Shown here in pieces: positions 11,941-24,371 of a stretch of DNA of 64,000 nt (its first letter is position 1; every line of letters begins with the position of its first letter). Location: assembly GCF_036321535.1 (NCBI RefSeq), contig NC_087436.1, positions 93,932,001 to 93,996,000 on the forward strand, read 5' to 3'. The translations under genes were made by a program, and so were the position numbers. Under the pieces are notes generated by a model, which saw only the letters and a list, made by a program, of their open reading frames with translations, made no database searches and had not been told where the DNA came from. The DNA comes from Camelus dromedarius. Its lineage: Eukaryota.

Positions 11941-12257
11941 CACTTTGGAATGTGCAGCTTGGGACAGTGAGAAGCCAGGACTCGGGCAGTTGTCCTCGTA
12001 GAGAGTTTCTCTCTTCAGGTTTCCAAGGTTAAGAAATTCTGACAAACTGGAATTCCCAGAGTCTGGGAGCTAAGCCTAAACGATCTGTTGCTTTAAGCGG
12101 CACAGTGGGGAGTAGCTGGACACTCCTTATTTTGGTTTTACATTAAAAAGAGGGAGGCCGAGAAGATGTGGTAGGTTACTTCCTAGCTGTGTAAATTGCT
12201 ACCCGGCTGTGAATGGTGTAAATTTCTGAAGTGGGCGACCTCAAATACATAACAAAG
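11760..12257 (+). other. Candidate non-coding first exon of an unidentified gene (start approximate)
   Basis: Runs from the CpG island to a strong donor AAG|GTAAGG (GT at 12258); internal acceptor tttctctcttcag| at 12018 allows an alternative 12019-12257 exon. Confidence 0.5.
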
Positions 12258-15200
12258 GTAAGGTAGTTTTTGGCAATCCTTCTAACTACTGTCCCTTAAT
12301 CTTACATTTGGGTCCCAATTTTGAAATGTTGTTTTCTTCTCTTTTTAGCCCTTATCTCCCTTATTCTACTATCCCCCTTCCGACTCTGGTATATTTAATG
12401 GGAAAGCAACGGTTTAGAAAAAGATTTTAAAAGCGTCAGCTTCTGGAAAAGCAGAAAATCATGTACAGTCAGCCCCATCATGTTTCCTTTGGTGATGAAA
12501 CCTTTTCCATACAAGGGACAGATTTTTTTTTTTTTTGTCCTTGAAAGCATATGATTGGGCTGTGCAGAGGCACAGGTGACTTTTTAGACTCATTAGTAAA
12601 GTGAAATTGAGGAAACATTGGTGACAGGCATCTCATTTAAGTGAGTGTTTAGGCCGGGGGAAGGGGGAATGTCTTCCTGCAGTCATTTACCTCCCAAGGT
12701 AACCCTGAGTGCAGGCTTAGTTGTTAAAATTTCAATCTGCCTGAAACTGTAGGGCTGATGAACTGTGACAGCTGGCAAATCACCAGTCACTGGATATTTA
12801 AGAAATCAGTTAAAATAAATGAAGTGGAATTTTTCAAATAAGTGATTCATTTTTTAATTAGGTAAAAGTTCATCTACTCTTGGGTACTGTCCCAAGGCAT
12901 TTGGGGATGCAGCTTCTTTCATGAAGGCTTATCAAAGTGATAGAAAGATAGTGTCCTCAGGGTACTTACTCATAGGCGGTAGTGATTTGAACGAAAAATC
13001 AACTTTTTTCTAGTGGCATTTTAACGGCTCACTCAGTTTTCTTTACAGGAATGTAGATAAGAAACGTGTTCTTTAAAACTTTTAATGCTGGAGGCAGAGA
13101 AAAGACAGGGTTGACAACACAAACATGAAGTTGTCGCAGTTTTAAGCACAACTGCAGTTTAGATCTTGAGAATTGCAGGTACCAATTGTAAAACGTGTAA
13201 GGTTGTCAGCAGCATGAAACACAACCTATAGACAAACCGGAGACAACCTAGAGGCAAACTCAATCAAGGCAATGAGATAGCACTTTGTGGGACTTTGTGT
13301 TGCTGTTAATTTAAATAATACTCTTTGTCAGATTGATGAACTGAAATCTTGGAGGGAAACAAAACCAACCCAGTCTGAAGGGGAAACAGGAGGAGGAAAA
13401 AAAAGATTTGGGTTTTTGTATTTTTTCTGGTCTACCTTTCCCTTCACCTTGTTCTGCTGTACATAGTGTTGGTCTCTCTGACTTAAGTACTGCATACTGG
13501 GAGAATGAGGAATCAGACATTTCACAAGAACTCAGCTTCATCATTAACTTTCAATATTTGTTTAGGGAAGAAATAAATTGACAAAAGCCAAGCTGCTGGT
13601 CTAACTGCCATGCTTCTTTATCTGACTAGGCTACACTTAAATTTATCTGCTCAATAGTCTTTTGTGAACATATGCTGAAAATGAATCAAATTTTGAAAAT
13701 TTATTTGGCTATTGAGTTCTCAGAAGTTTGTAGGATTAAAAATTTGCCATCATCTTTTTACTCCGATCTCCACAGTTTTCATTGTCAAAGTATTTTTGAT
13801 TACTCTGATGCTCTAAATTGTGAAAGGATTCTGCCCAAAGCAGTTGGCGACACTGAGGGTGAGATCAAGATACAAAGCAAGGAAACTATGTGCCTCTGGA
13901 CACGCGTCCTCTGTACTTGCTCTGACTAGTGTTTAAGATGACTCCCATTTTTTTTTTTTCCCCTCACATGATAAAAGCATTCAGATTAGACTGTTCTCTT
14001 TGGTTTACTAGTAACGGAACCTGTTCTCAGTAATTTAAACAAAGATTAGAAGGTTAGAGTAAATGAAATTATTTTCCTACAAAATGAATTTGGTTTCCAA
14101 ATTCTCCTCTTGATCTGATGATTAAAAATAAATCATGTCCCAAATGACTGAGCTTCTACTGCTGTAGGAAAGTATTTGCCTATTTCAGACAGGTTTCCAC
14201 CTCCACATTTCAAGTCCCTTCTGATATTTCAGGAAAGGGCCGGGGAATGGATGTAGGGGTGCTGGTGGAGGGGGAGGGAGATCTCCTTAAAGTTGGACCA
14301 AGGTTCAAGGGAAACTGATTCAGTTTTCCCAGAGGATGCAAAATCCAAGAAAAGACTCTGAAGAGGACTAAAGTTTGGGATTCAGAAGATTTAGAAAAAG
14401 AATAGATTTTTGCATTAATCTAGACTTTGTGTGCCAAATGTTTGTGAAATTACAATGAATATGTAAATCAGTTTAAAAAGTGTTTTTTGGAATGATTCCA
14501 AGTTAAAGGTTATATTGGAATGATTTAGCTGCTGGCCTGATCAAGAGAGAGATTTTTCCTCTTGGGAGCAGTCTCTGTATCTTATGATGATGTTGATTTT
14601 CTGGTTTAATATCGTTAAGAGTTGCATGTTAGTCAACACAACCACCTGCTCAGAGTGAACAGCTTCAAAGAACAATTGCAAAAAGATTTGCAATAATGGC
14701 AATGCAGGGATGACCTGGGATACGAGATAGAAGCCCTTTAGAAACTCCAGAGAACTAGAGTAGAAATGATAATAAGTAATTGTTCAACTGCCACCACAAA
14801 TTGTTAGAAACATCGTGCATACTGGAGGATTTAGGGGGAAATGGCATCCTGCCACTTTTTGTGTGTGGTCCTGAATCATCTTGTCAGTAAAACACTCCTG
14901 AGATGGTCTGAGCTTGCTTTCTGATTGTTTCTGCCTCTTTCACAGTTGCCTCCTTGTCTATCCTGTCAGCATCCACATGGGGGAGAGGAGACAGGAAAAC
15001 GATATCCTTCCCTTGAAGTCAGTGTACCCCCTCTTTTCAGAACCTCTTACTTTTTGCTCTGAAAAGGGGGTGAGGAAGGAATTTTCCAGTCAAAGTAGAA
15101 GGGGAGGGAGTGTCTGGAGGAATAAATGGCCACGAAACAGGTGAGTTCCACCTTTAAATAATGTGGAATTCACCAGAAAGCTCATGTGGAGATTGTCAAT

Positions 15201-15942
15201 GCCCTCAAATATTGCAGGTGAACTGGTGACTGTAGGAATTTGAGGCTCACTGCCCCCCACCCTTGGTAATTCAAATGCTCCCAATGCACTGCAATAGATG
15301 GCTGCTTTGAATGAGTTCAAGATGCCATCTCTTGCTACAGCCAAAAGTAAACTGATTACAAAAGGCACACCCCTTCAACTGCACTCCCACTCTGCCTTTC
15401 CTCTACTTTCTGCAGTGGTTTAAGGGCACCTGAAAAAAAAGATTGTGGCTCAGTTTACGTAACTTATGTATTTAATACGAAGTTTCTTTTTCATTATGTA
15501 TATCACTTTTGTCATCTTAGGAACTTAGTTCATACCAAAGTGATTTGTGGGTGTGTTTAGATGTGTACATTTTATATGTTAAATACAATACATAAGGAAA
15601 CTGGTACAATAATAGAAGTGATTGACTATGTAGCTGTTGCTTTTTTGGTAAACTCCATCAGATTTTAAGAGTGGAGTCATTTTAGAAATCAAAAGTACAC
15701 TCTCTAGCTTTCTGAAGCCCACTCAGGAGAGATGACATCAGAAGACAAAGTGCTAGTATAACCCTGAAAACCCTTTGTGATTTGTAGAAAATATCAATCC
15801 TTTGGTCTCAGCAGATTCCCGGTAGTGCAAAATGTCTACTTATAAATTACAGCCGTTTATTTACCTTAATCAAGAAAACAATCTCTCGTCTCAAATCGTG
15901 ATATTTGTCTTTGGGAACGCTGTATGTTTCTGGTTCTTTCAG

Positions 15943-15975
15943 GAGCATGGCGGCCCAGTACCAAGACCATAATAG
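15943..15975 (+). other. Candidate 33-nt micro-exon with ATG in strong Kozak context
   Basis: Acceptor tgtttctggttctttcag|, sequence GAGCATGGCGGCCCAGTACCAAGACCATAATAG, donor |GTGGGT. Confidence 0.4.
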
Positions 15976-17029
15976 GTGGGTATATATTGAATGAAAGAGG
16001 AGTTGCTGACAGTGTTAGCCTCCTGATTGTGCTTTGCTTTGGCTAATAGCAATTTTGCTCATATTCCTCAAGTTTCCGTTTACTGGGGAGAAAGACAACC
16101 TGATCCCAGAAGCTATGGATAATCCATATGTGGGTGAGCAAGAGTTAACTATATATACCAACGCGCAGTGGGTGGGTGTACAATGAATGCGGGGCATTGT
16201 GTAGCTGAAACAGGAACAGGACTTCTCCACCTGACCAAGGAAATACCAACCTGCAAAATTATAATAAAAAGTATTTACCTTTCAGAGCACTGAGACCCAG
16301 CTCAATCATTTTTGTAAAGCATTTCACATCACGCCAAGAAATATTTAATGAAATGAAGGAGGTTTTTTTTCAGGTGTTAATTCTCTTAGATCAATTTGAT
16401 TGCCATTCTGAAAATGTATATTTGAACCTTTTAAGCTCAGGTAAAATAGTCATGTTTCTAAAAGTAAGGATCCATGTCCGTGATGATAATAGCACTGTGC
16501 TTTTTGAAAAGATGGCTTAAATAATATTTCTTTTTGTTTGTTATTTATTTTTAAAAATAATAACATGGTTCTCGGTACACCAAGCCCTTGCCAAGATTAG
16601 GCCCATCTTCTCAGTAGCCTTCTCAAGACAAAGTTGCCTTTGTGTAACTACAACTGGGAGGATTTGGTGACACAGAGAACTCAATGGGGCACTGCAACTT
16701 ATTATTAACAGAAAATTCAATGGCCTGATGTTTTCGTTTTTTAAAAAATTCTATCAGCTAATATCTATGATTTATTTCTCCATGCAGATGATCTTACTAT
16801 ATTTTAGACTTTGGCAGGGAAGAATGTGGTGGTTGAGAATTTACCTTGGAGTTTAATTAGATTTTAAAAGGCAAAGGCTACAGCATGCTGATGCAGAGGA
16901 GAGCTCAGCTCTCGGGCTAGTTTGTTCTTGGGGCAGTCAGCAAAATTTGGTCACATGTGGAGAGGAGGAAAAGGTGGTTAGCCAGCGTGGAAAATGACAA
17001 TCTGGGGGAAAAAGATGACCATTTGCACT

Positions 17030-17240
17030 CAATTCAAACTGACTTGGTTCAAATAAATCCTGGCTTGGCCACTTTTGGGACTTCAGGCAGGTTACCTTAA
17101 AAAAAAAAATCTCTCTGTGACCCAGTTTCCCCAACTGTAAAATGTCTACCTCATAGGACTGTTATAAGGATTAAATTAATCTATTGGATAAATAAGACTT
17201 AGAACATTGCCTGGCACATAGTCGGTATGAGATGGTACAT
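17030..17240 (+). mobile_element. MIR
   Basis: 'ctctgtgacccagtttccccaactgtaaaatg...acttagaacattgcctggcacatagt'. Confidence 0.8.
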
Positions 17241-17779
17241 AGTCAGCATGATATACATAGATATCATGTTTGGATGCGTTTCTGTGTTTGAATTCTTATC
17301 TAACTCCTTTTGTGACCTCTTCTGCTGGTTGGCATCCAGGATTCTTTTCCTAAGATCACTCCTTGGGTTTGGTTTGACCAAGTGGCCATTGCCCGTTGTA
17401 GGCTGGCACTATTCTGCTAAGTTCCTTCTGGTTTTTGTATCTTAGCTGTATGGAGAAAGTGTAATTTAGAATCGCCAAGGTGCATTTTTCTTTTCTCTCA
17501 GGAAACTATAAGATGTTGATTAGAAGCAAAAAGAATGATGCTGTTATCTATTGAGTGAGAGACTGCCAAATGTCCTGCTGAAGACAGAGTATAGAGTCTG
17601 GAAATGGCTAATGCAAAGTAGAACTATTCTGTGTAAAAGAACTTAATACAGTAAACTTAAGTAGTGCCTATTATGACTTCTGTTGGTTAGCATTAACTAG
17701 TCAGAAATCGTAATGTATAGTATGAGACTTTTCTCAGAAGTGCCACAGGGTCTTATGTGTCCTTCTTATGGCATTGTAC

Positions 17780-17915
17780 ATCACCTGCTACTTTTGTACC
17801 TGTACAGTTTTCCCTACCAAACAGAAAGTAAATTCCTTGGAGGCAGGATTTATGTCTGAATAGTATTTGTGTCCCTCAATGTCCCCAGCTTATAGTTGAG
17901 TGCTCAATAAATAAA
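17780..17915 (+). mobile_element. L2 3' end
   Basis: 'gtaaattccttggaggcagg...gagtgctcaataaata'. Confidence 0.7.
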
Positions 17916-19069
17916 ATAAGAATCTTGCCCAATTCATTAACTTCTAAAATAACAGCGTCTTTGCATCCCATGGGTGTGTATTATGGATCATATTTATTTG
18001 GATGACCTCTACTTTTTCCAGAGCATTTTAGCAAATATTGTTGGATAGAGGAAATATGATGGAGATATAATGAACTCAGAAAGGAGCCAGAATGGAAGAT
18101 TTATCCACAGCCAAGCCTCTGAAAGCATGGCACGATATGGGAGGCTACAGCCATTGAGGGGACAAATTGTGACAGTGCTTGGGTGCCCATCAATTTGTTT
18201 AAAAGTTTATACCTCTTTTTTCTGCTCTTTATCATCCTTTAAAGGCCCAGACTCATTACTTGGTAATTATGGGAAGGGGAAAAATGCAGTTTTCAAAATT
18301 GCATGTATTAGAAGGAATGTATTAGATAATTACCGGGAAAAAGTGCTTTTTTAAAATTTTTTTTTAACTGGGGAGATGGAACAGAGATCAAGAGGGGAAG
18401 GACAACATCAAGTGAATATACAGATCTCTGAGCCACAGTGGGGTGGTGTTTCTGGTGGGACTGTTGGTGTCCTCTTGGGTAAGGAAAGACAAGAGGAAGG
18501 AGGGCAGGTGGCCAAACAAGTATTGAGAGAATTGCCTCTAGTGAAATGCTATTTGCAGAGCAAAGGGAATCCAGTAACAAGCTAGCTCTTCCCACTTGGT
18601 GCAAATATTTTGGCCCAGGGACCTCCTTTCCTCTTTGCCTTACATTGTGGGTTCCAGGATCCACCTCAGGTATATGTAGATTTGCCAGTGAGCAAACAGG
18701 AACTACCAGCTCAGATGGTACAAGTGAGCCCTGGACTTTGTACCTTGCATCTGCAGTGGCTCCATGTTTATAGACAAATCACTCCCAGCCGCTGAGCCCA
18801 AGCCTAGGGAGGCAGGGATCTCAGAATATTCTCCCTTCACCCTTTCCAGAGTGGATCCTAGGACTCACCCCTCCAGCGGGAAGTGTAGGAGGCACACAGA
18901 CCCTGAAATCAAACGATAACACCCCTGTTCTCACACATCCTAGAGATGTATGAAAGGTCTTACCCTTTAAGCCCCTTTCGCTAGGGTTAATCAATGAAAT
19001 TGGCAGTGGATCTGCAGAATCTGCTTGTCTCTTCTCCCTGCTTCCACCTTTGCTCTCACCCCTTATACT

Positions 19070-19672
19070 TGGTTCTTGGCACAGTATCCATGATAATTCC
19101 CTGTTAAAACTTTCCAGAGCCTCCATCTCCTTCAAAAGCCAATAAGGCACTGTATTTCTAGTCCCATTACCTCTTTATTCTCACCTCCTATCACTCACTC
19201 CCTCATCACTTTGCTGTAACCACCACTTATTGCCCCAGAGCCTTTGCACTGACTCTTCGCCCTCTCGGAACCATCTTCCCCAGATATATCCATGGTTCAC
19301 TTTTTCACCTTCAAGTCTTTACTCTTCCTCCCTTTCTCTAAAACAGCAATTCCTCCTTCCTGTCAGTACTTTCTGGCTTCTACCCTGCTCTTTTTTTTTT
19401 TTTGGAGGAGGGGGAAGGTATTTATTTTTGTAATGAAGGTACTGGGGATTGAACCCAGGACCTCGTGCATGCTAAGCACACACTCTACCACTGAGCTGTA
19501 TCCTCCCCACTAATTTTTTTTATATAGTACCTTTTGGCATGCTATATGATTATATGGCTCATTGTCTCTTCCCACTAGAACGTCTGCTTCATTTATTCAT
19601 GCGTTCCAAGCACCTTAGAGCAGAGTCTGCCATTGAGTAGGTACTCCATAACTATTTGTCGAATAAATGAAT
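19070..19672 (+). mobile_element. L2 fragment interrupted by a SINE
   Basis: 'cagagcctttgcactgactctt...tcttccccagatatatccatggttcac' and 3' end 'agtaggtactccataactatttgtcgaataaatgaat'. Confidence 0.75.
19391..19508 (-). mobile_element. tRNA-Ala-derived SINE
   Basis: 'ggtactggggattgaacccaggacctcgtgcatgctaagcacacactctaccactgagctgtatcctcccc'. Confidence 0.9.
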
Positions 19673-20510
19673 AAAACACAGGCTTTTTATACAGCACAAG
19701 TATGACTGAAAGTGTAGTACTACTTGTGTGTTCTACTTAAAGTTTAACCACGAACACATCTTTCTGAATACGCATGATTTTTTCCCCCCAGACCTTTCCT
19801 GCTAAGCTGCCATATTTTCTCTGGTTCCTCTGGTTTCATTATTTTCTGTGCCACTGCGAGCCCCTGATGGAGGCAGATGACTAAGTAACGAGCAAGGCAG
19901 AGCTAAGTGTGGGGATGGTGCAATCACTCCAGCACTTCTCTGTTTCCAAATCAAAGCCTCGTCTTTGGCAATCTTTTTGTGATTTCCATCTCAGTCTTAC
20001 AGCTCTGTTTTGAACCAGTCTTGTGAATTGCATGCCCTACAGATAATTGCACTTGACTAACTCATGTTGCTATATTGTTGATCACATTTTCTTTTGTCAT
20101 TTAATTATAATTAATGATTTTTCTGAAAGTAAATGTCAAGACAAGTTTATTTTTTTTTTAAGCTATCTCTTTTGACCTTTGAGATTTGGCCAAATGCCAA
20201 CTGCTGCTGCAGATTCCATTTAGATTTTTTTCTCGATTGCCAAGCTCAGTTAAGTGTTCTCCCTTGACCTGGCATGAAATGAGGGCTGGTGTCATTGTCC
20301 GAGTCTTTAATATTTCTCCAGAACCTTTTACAAAACTTCGGTCTTGCCTTTACTGAGTGGCACAACCACTCTCTGATCTGTCATACTGATTTGCTAGCCC
20401 CAGCCTCACTCTCTCTCTCTGCATTGCACAGTTTTCCTTGGTTTGGCAGAATTGTATTTCTTGGTCCTTGGAGGTACAGCTCCCTCTGTGTGCCCACATG
20501 CCCTTTTTAG

Positions 20511-20599
20511 ATCCATCACTTGGCACTGTAAAGGACTTTCCCAGTGGCTGGTGGAATCCTGTGGCTACTAGGTTGGGGACCCCAGAAATGATCTTAAAG
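20511..20599 (+). other. Candidate 89-nt cassette exon
   Basis: Acceptor ccctttttag| at 20510 and consensus donor AAG|GTGAGT at 20600; no homology recognised. Confidence 0.25.
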
Positions 20600-20627
20600 G
20601 TGAGTGTACAAGCCAGGAGGATTCTTT

Positions 20628-20629
<2 letters not shown>

Positions 20630-20662
<33 letters not shown>
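20630..20662 (+). repeat. Poly(A) tract, 33 nt
   Basis: Uninterrupted A run. Confidence 0.95.
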
Positions 20663-20664
<2 letters not shown>

Positions 20665-20728
20665 AAGAAAAAGCAGTAATATATAAATTCTGCTGAAAGT
20701 ACATGAGGATCCTGGGATTTAGTTATTT

Positions 20729-20876
20729 ATTTTTTTAAATTTATTTTTGGGTTTTTGGGGGGCGTTGTAAGGAGGTTTATTTATTTACTTATTTATTTTT
20801 ATGGAGGTACTGGGGATTGAACCCAGGACCTCATGCCTGCTAAGCATGTTCTCTACCACTGAGCTATACCTTCCCC
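20729..20876 (-). mobile_element. tRNA-Ala-derived SINE with 10-bp TSD
   Basis: SINE body; ttagttattt at 20719-20728 and 20879-20888. Confidence 0.9.
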
Positions 20877-21304
20877 TCTTAGTTATTTCTGACTATTGTT
20901 GATAATGGCTTGTGGCTGATTTAGAATTATTTCGGTATTTTTTCATTTTTTAAAGTTGATTCGGAAGCTATCATCACGATTGATAGTAACTGGACAATTT
21001 GAGAAATTTTTTAAAAAAACCTAACAATCTGCTAATATTTCTTGTACTTTCTGCAAATCATTTTATTACTTATATGTACTGAATGGGACATTAAAAATGA
21101 ATAGCATATAAATGTTAAATTAGACCTGACTTTAACAATATACTATGTAGGTGGAGCTAGTGGTAATTATTTGTGAGTTAGAAAAAATTTATCAAAATAA
21201 AGACTTAGTAATTAGGTACACTTGAAAAAAAGATAAATATGAATTAAATTAGTTCAAACTAGACATTGAAAAAAACATATTTTTCTAAAGTAGACACAGA
21301 CTCA

Positions 21305-22145
21305 ACTGTTATTTATTGAGTAGCTGCTACATGCCCGACACTGGGTACTAGGTGTGCAGGGGAGAATAAAAGTTCTCTGCCCTCATGGGGCTTTCTTTGG
21401 GGGTTGAGATGGGATTCAGTACTCTGAAGGAACTAAGAGGTACTAGATGACAGAAGGTGGGATTTTTAGCTAGAGTGGTCAGAGAAGGCTCCTCCAAGGA
21501 AGTGATGCTCAAGGTGTCTGATGGAAGAAAGATCATTGCTAGAAGTAACATTTATGAAGGTTCTAAGGCTAGGAAAAGCTGGGCATATCAAGGACGTAAA
21601 GGAGGTTATTGTTGCTGCAGTGAGCAAGGAGTTGTGGGGGCGTGAGGTGAGGTCATGGGGGTAACTGAGTCCAAGAGAATGTAGGTCCTTCCAGACCATG
21701 GGAAAGAGTTTTGTCACTCCTGAGCCCAATGGGAAGCCATGAAAAATGATTTACTTGTTAAAAGGTAACTGACTGCTGGGTGAAGACTGGATTGCACTGG
21801 ATTGCAGGGAGGCTGTTGCAGCAGACAAAGCGAGAAAATTAGGAGTTCCTTTTTGAAGCTGACAGTGTAGGCAGAGAGAAGCTGGTTAATTGGGTGCCAT
21901 TTCTTCTGTGCATCCTCTTGCCTTTTTTACCGTCTCAGTTCAGCTGTGGCAGGGGTTTCACCAATGGCTGAGAGAAATACCAAGATGTAGGTGTGGAGGA
22001 AGGAGTGAGGGTTCTGGCTGGAGTTACTGGGTTTGATGGGGGGAAACTGAAGGAGAACAGGTGTGAGGGGGACAGAGGGAATCAAGAGTTCAGTTTGGGG
22101 CATGTTTACTGAGATGCCTGTTAAACATCCCGAAGAGATGTTGAA
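21305..22145 (-). mobile_element. L2 LINE
   Basis: 'atttattgagtagctgctacatgcccgacactg...gagtggtcagagaaggcctctc...aatcaagagttcagtttggggcatgtt'. Confidence 0.85.
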
Positions 22146-22419
22146 AGTCTCCCTTTTGTATCCAGCACCTCCCGCAAGAAGAGGATGCACTTCTTCACAG
22201 GCAACTATTTTGGATTTCATTATTTCTTGTTCTCATTATGTCCAAATTTGCATAGATAAGGTGTGACCTTTTTTTAGTATATCACAAATGACTAAACAAT
22301 TCTGTAACAATAACTGAACATCTACAGTGTATAGGAAACTGATGGTGGGGATGGGTTAGGGTGAATTAACTTGAAAAATCTTAAATACAGTTTTAGCCAT
22401 TAAGAATCTTCTAATCCAA

Positions 22420-22620
22420 ATTAATTCTATATATATATATATATTTAATACTTTAATATTAAATGTATGTTTGATATTTGTGTTATATATTTAACATATT
22501 GATACACTAATATAGTATAAATATGAATGTGCTAAGATAATCAAATATATTTAAAATATTTAGTATAGAATACATAATAAATATATATTTAGTTTATATT
22601 AAATAACATTAAATGTTGAA
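22420..22620. repeat. AT-rich low-complexity tract including (TA)n
   Basis: Almost entirely A/T with a (ta)n core at about 22428-22445. Confidence 0.75.
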
Positions 22621-23579
22621 AACTAAGTGTAAATCATGCATGGACAAAGACTCATATTACAAAGTATAAAAAGAAAATAGTACAGCATGAAATACAGTGG
22701 ATTTCCCTGTGAGTAACAACCCCTTAGAGGCATGCAAATTCTTGCTGTAAATATTGGCACATACAAATAGATCTGTTTAGGACATGCAAATATATTTCTT
22801 GTCTCTTCCTTACCTCACTTTAGGTAGGATCTGCTGCAGGTCCACATGTTTTGTGAGTGGAAACTGGAAGCCAGTACAGACACTTTAAACTACATTGTGA
22901 AAGGCTGATTGTTTTTTTTAGCAAACCCACGAGCTTCTAGAGCAAGCACTGGGCATATGACAGCAAATAAGGTACAGGGCTTTTGGGGCTTGGAGGAATG
23001 GAAGCTTAGCGGTTTATTTTTAGTACCACCACTGTAAGCCCTCCTCCCCTACTAGTGGTTATTCTAAAAAGAAAAAAAAAAAAAAGATTGAGCATGTATT
23101 TCCAAATTGGTAGGAATAAGATGCTATTTTGTGGTCTGAAGCAATGGAGAACTTTAGTCCAAAAAAGTAATGTTTTAGAAAGTCCTAAACCATTAGGAGT
23201 GGGTGGAGGTAGGAGGTTATGATGGATAATGTTTTGCAATCATAGCTATAGAAACTGTCAACGGCTGCAGCTTTTCATTCTAGTATGTCAACACCAGTGG
23301 AGCCCATGAGGTGTAATCAAATTTATTATTGCTTAATTGGGCCAAATGACGTGATTTTTGATTTTGCATAAGGTGGCTCACTTTTCAAAATGATATATAG
23401 TACCTGAAAGTCTCACATCTATTTCAATTCTGTTTTCAATAAGAAAAATACTTTGGTGAAGGGCTACTATATATGTGTACCTATAGTAATCATATAGAGA
23501 AAAAGGGAGGCTTGTGTTTGAATAATTGCTTAACAGCTATCTATAACTAAATGTTTGAAGTTGAAAGTTAAAAACAGAA

Positions 23580-23765
23580 AATAATAATGGCTAACAATAA
23601 CAGCTGACATTGAAGGAACACCTGCGATAATGCCAGACATGACTTTATTTAATCTATAGAACCAATCCTAAGAAGTAGGTCTTACTATGATTCTCATCTA
23701 GCAGATGTGGAAATGAGGGACTAACAGGTCAAGCAGTTTCCCCAGGGTAAATAGTGGTCAGGAAT
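23580..23765 (-). mobile_element. MIR interrupted by a SINE
   Basis: 'ttctcatctagcagatgtggaaatgagg...aggtcaagcagtttccccagggt'. Confidence 0.6.
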
Positions 23766-23766
23766 C

Positions 23767-23890
23767 TTTATTTTTTTGCAGGGAAGGGAGAGTGAATTAG
23801 ATTGATTGGTTAATTGATTGATTGATTTTTAATGGAGGTCCTGGGTTTAATCCTACGCACACACACTGCCACTGAGCTATACCCTCCCCC
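23767..23890 (-). mobile_element. tRNA-Ala-derived SINE, internally deleted
   Basis: 'aatggaggtcctgggtttaatcct...cactgccactgagctataccctccccc'; anticodon-arm portion missing. Confidence 0.8.
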
Positions 23891-24371
23891 ACAGGATTCA
23901 GATTCTTGTAAGGCTTCCTTAATGAGTTAAGGGGTTGGGGAAAATCCCTGGACCAGGACCAGTCTTCTTACCAGGATCTGCCCTGGGCTTAGCAGACAAG
24001 TGACCTTGGACGTGGCACCTCATCAATTTCCTCGCTTTTAAAATTGGATAGAAGGGAGGGGAGGTTCTGGACTAGACATGTTTTGCACCGCCCCACATTT
24101 CTCTAAGTCTTTTTACTTTCATGGTTCAGAAATGTAGAAGGTTGCTATTCATAGAATTTCTAAAGGGAAGATCAAGGTAGTGGGAGTAAATGGGAATGAG
24201 GGGTAGGGATGGATTAGACTGGCATTAAGTCATAGGTAGAAAACTGTTAGATTAGATGGCCTGTACAAATCTTACTAAATTCTTACAGACTCGATTCTTG
24301 ATTCCTGAATCCCATTTGAGATAGTGAGTATTGCTGACATACAAGGTGGTTCTAGACTGGTGGTTCTAGAA

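Noticed and set aside
18070..19150. Cluster of overlapping short ORFs as a possible processed pseudogene
   Set aside because: No recognisable protein similarity, poly(A) tail or TSD; a BLASTX would settle it
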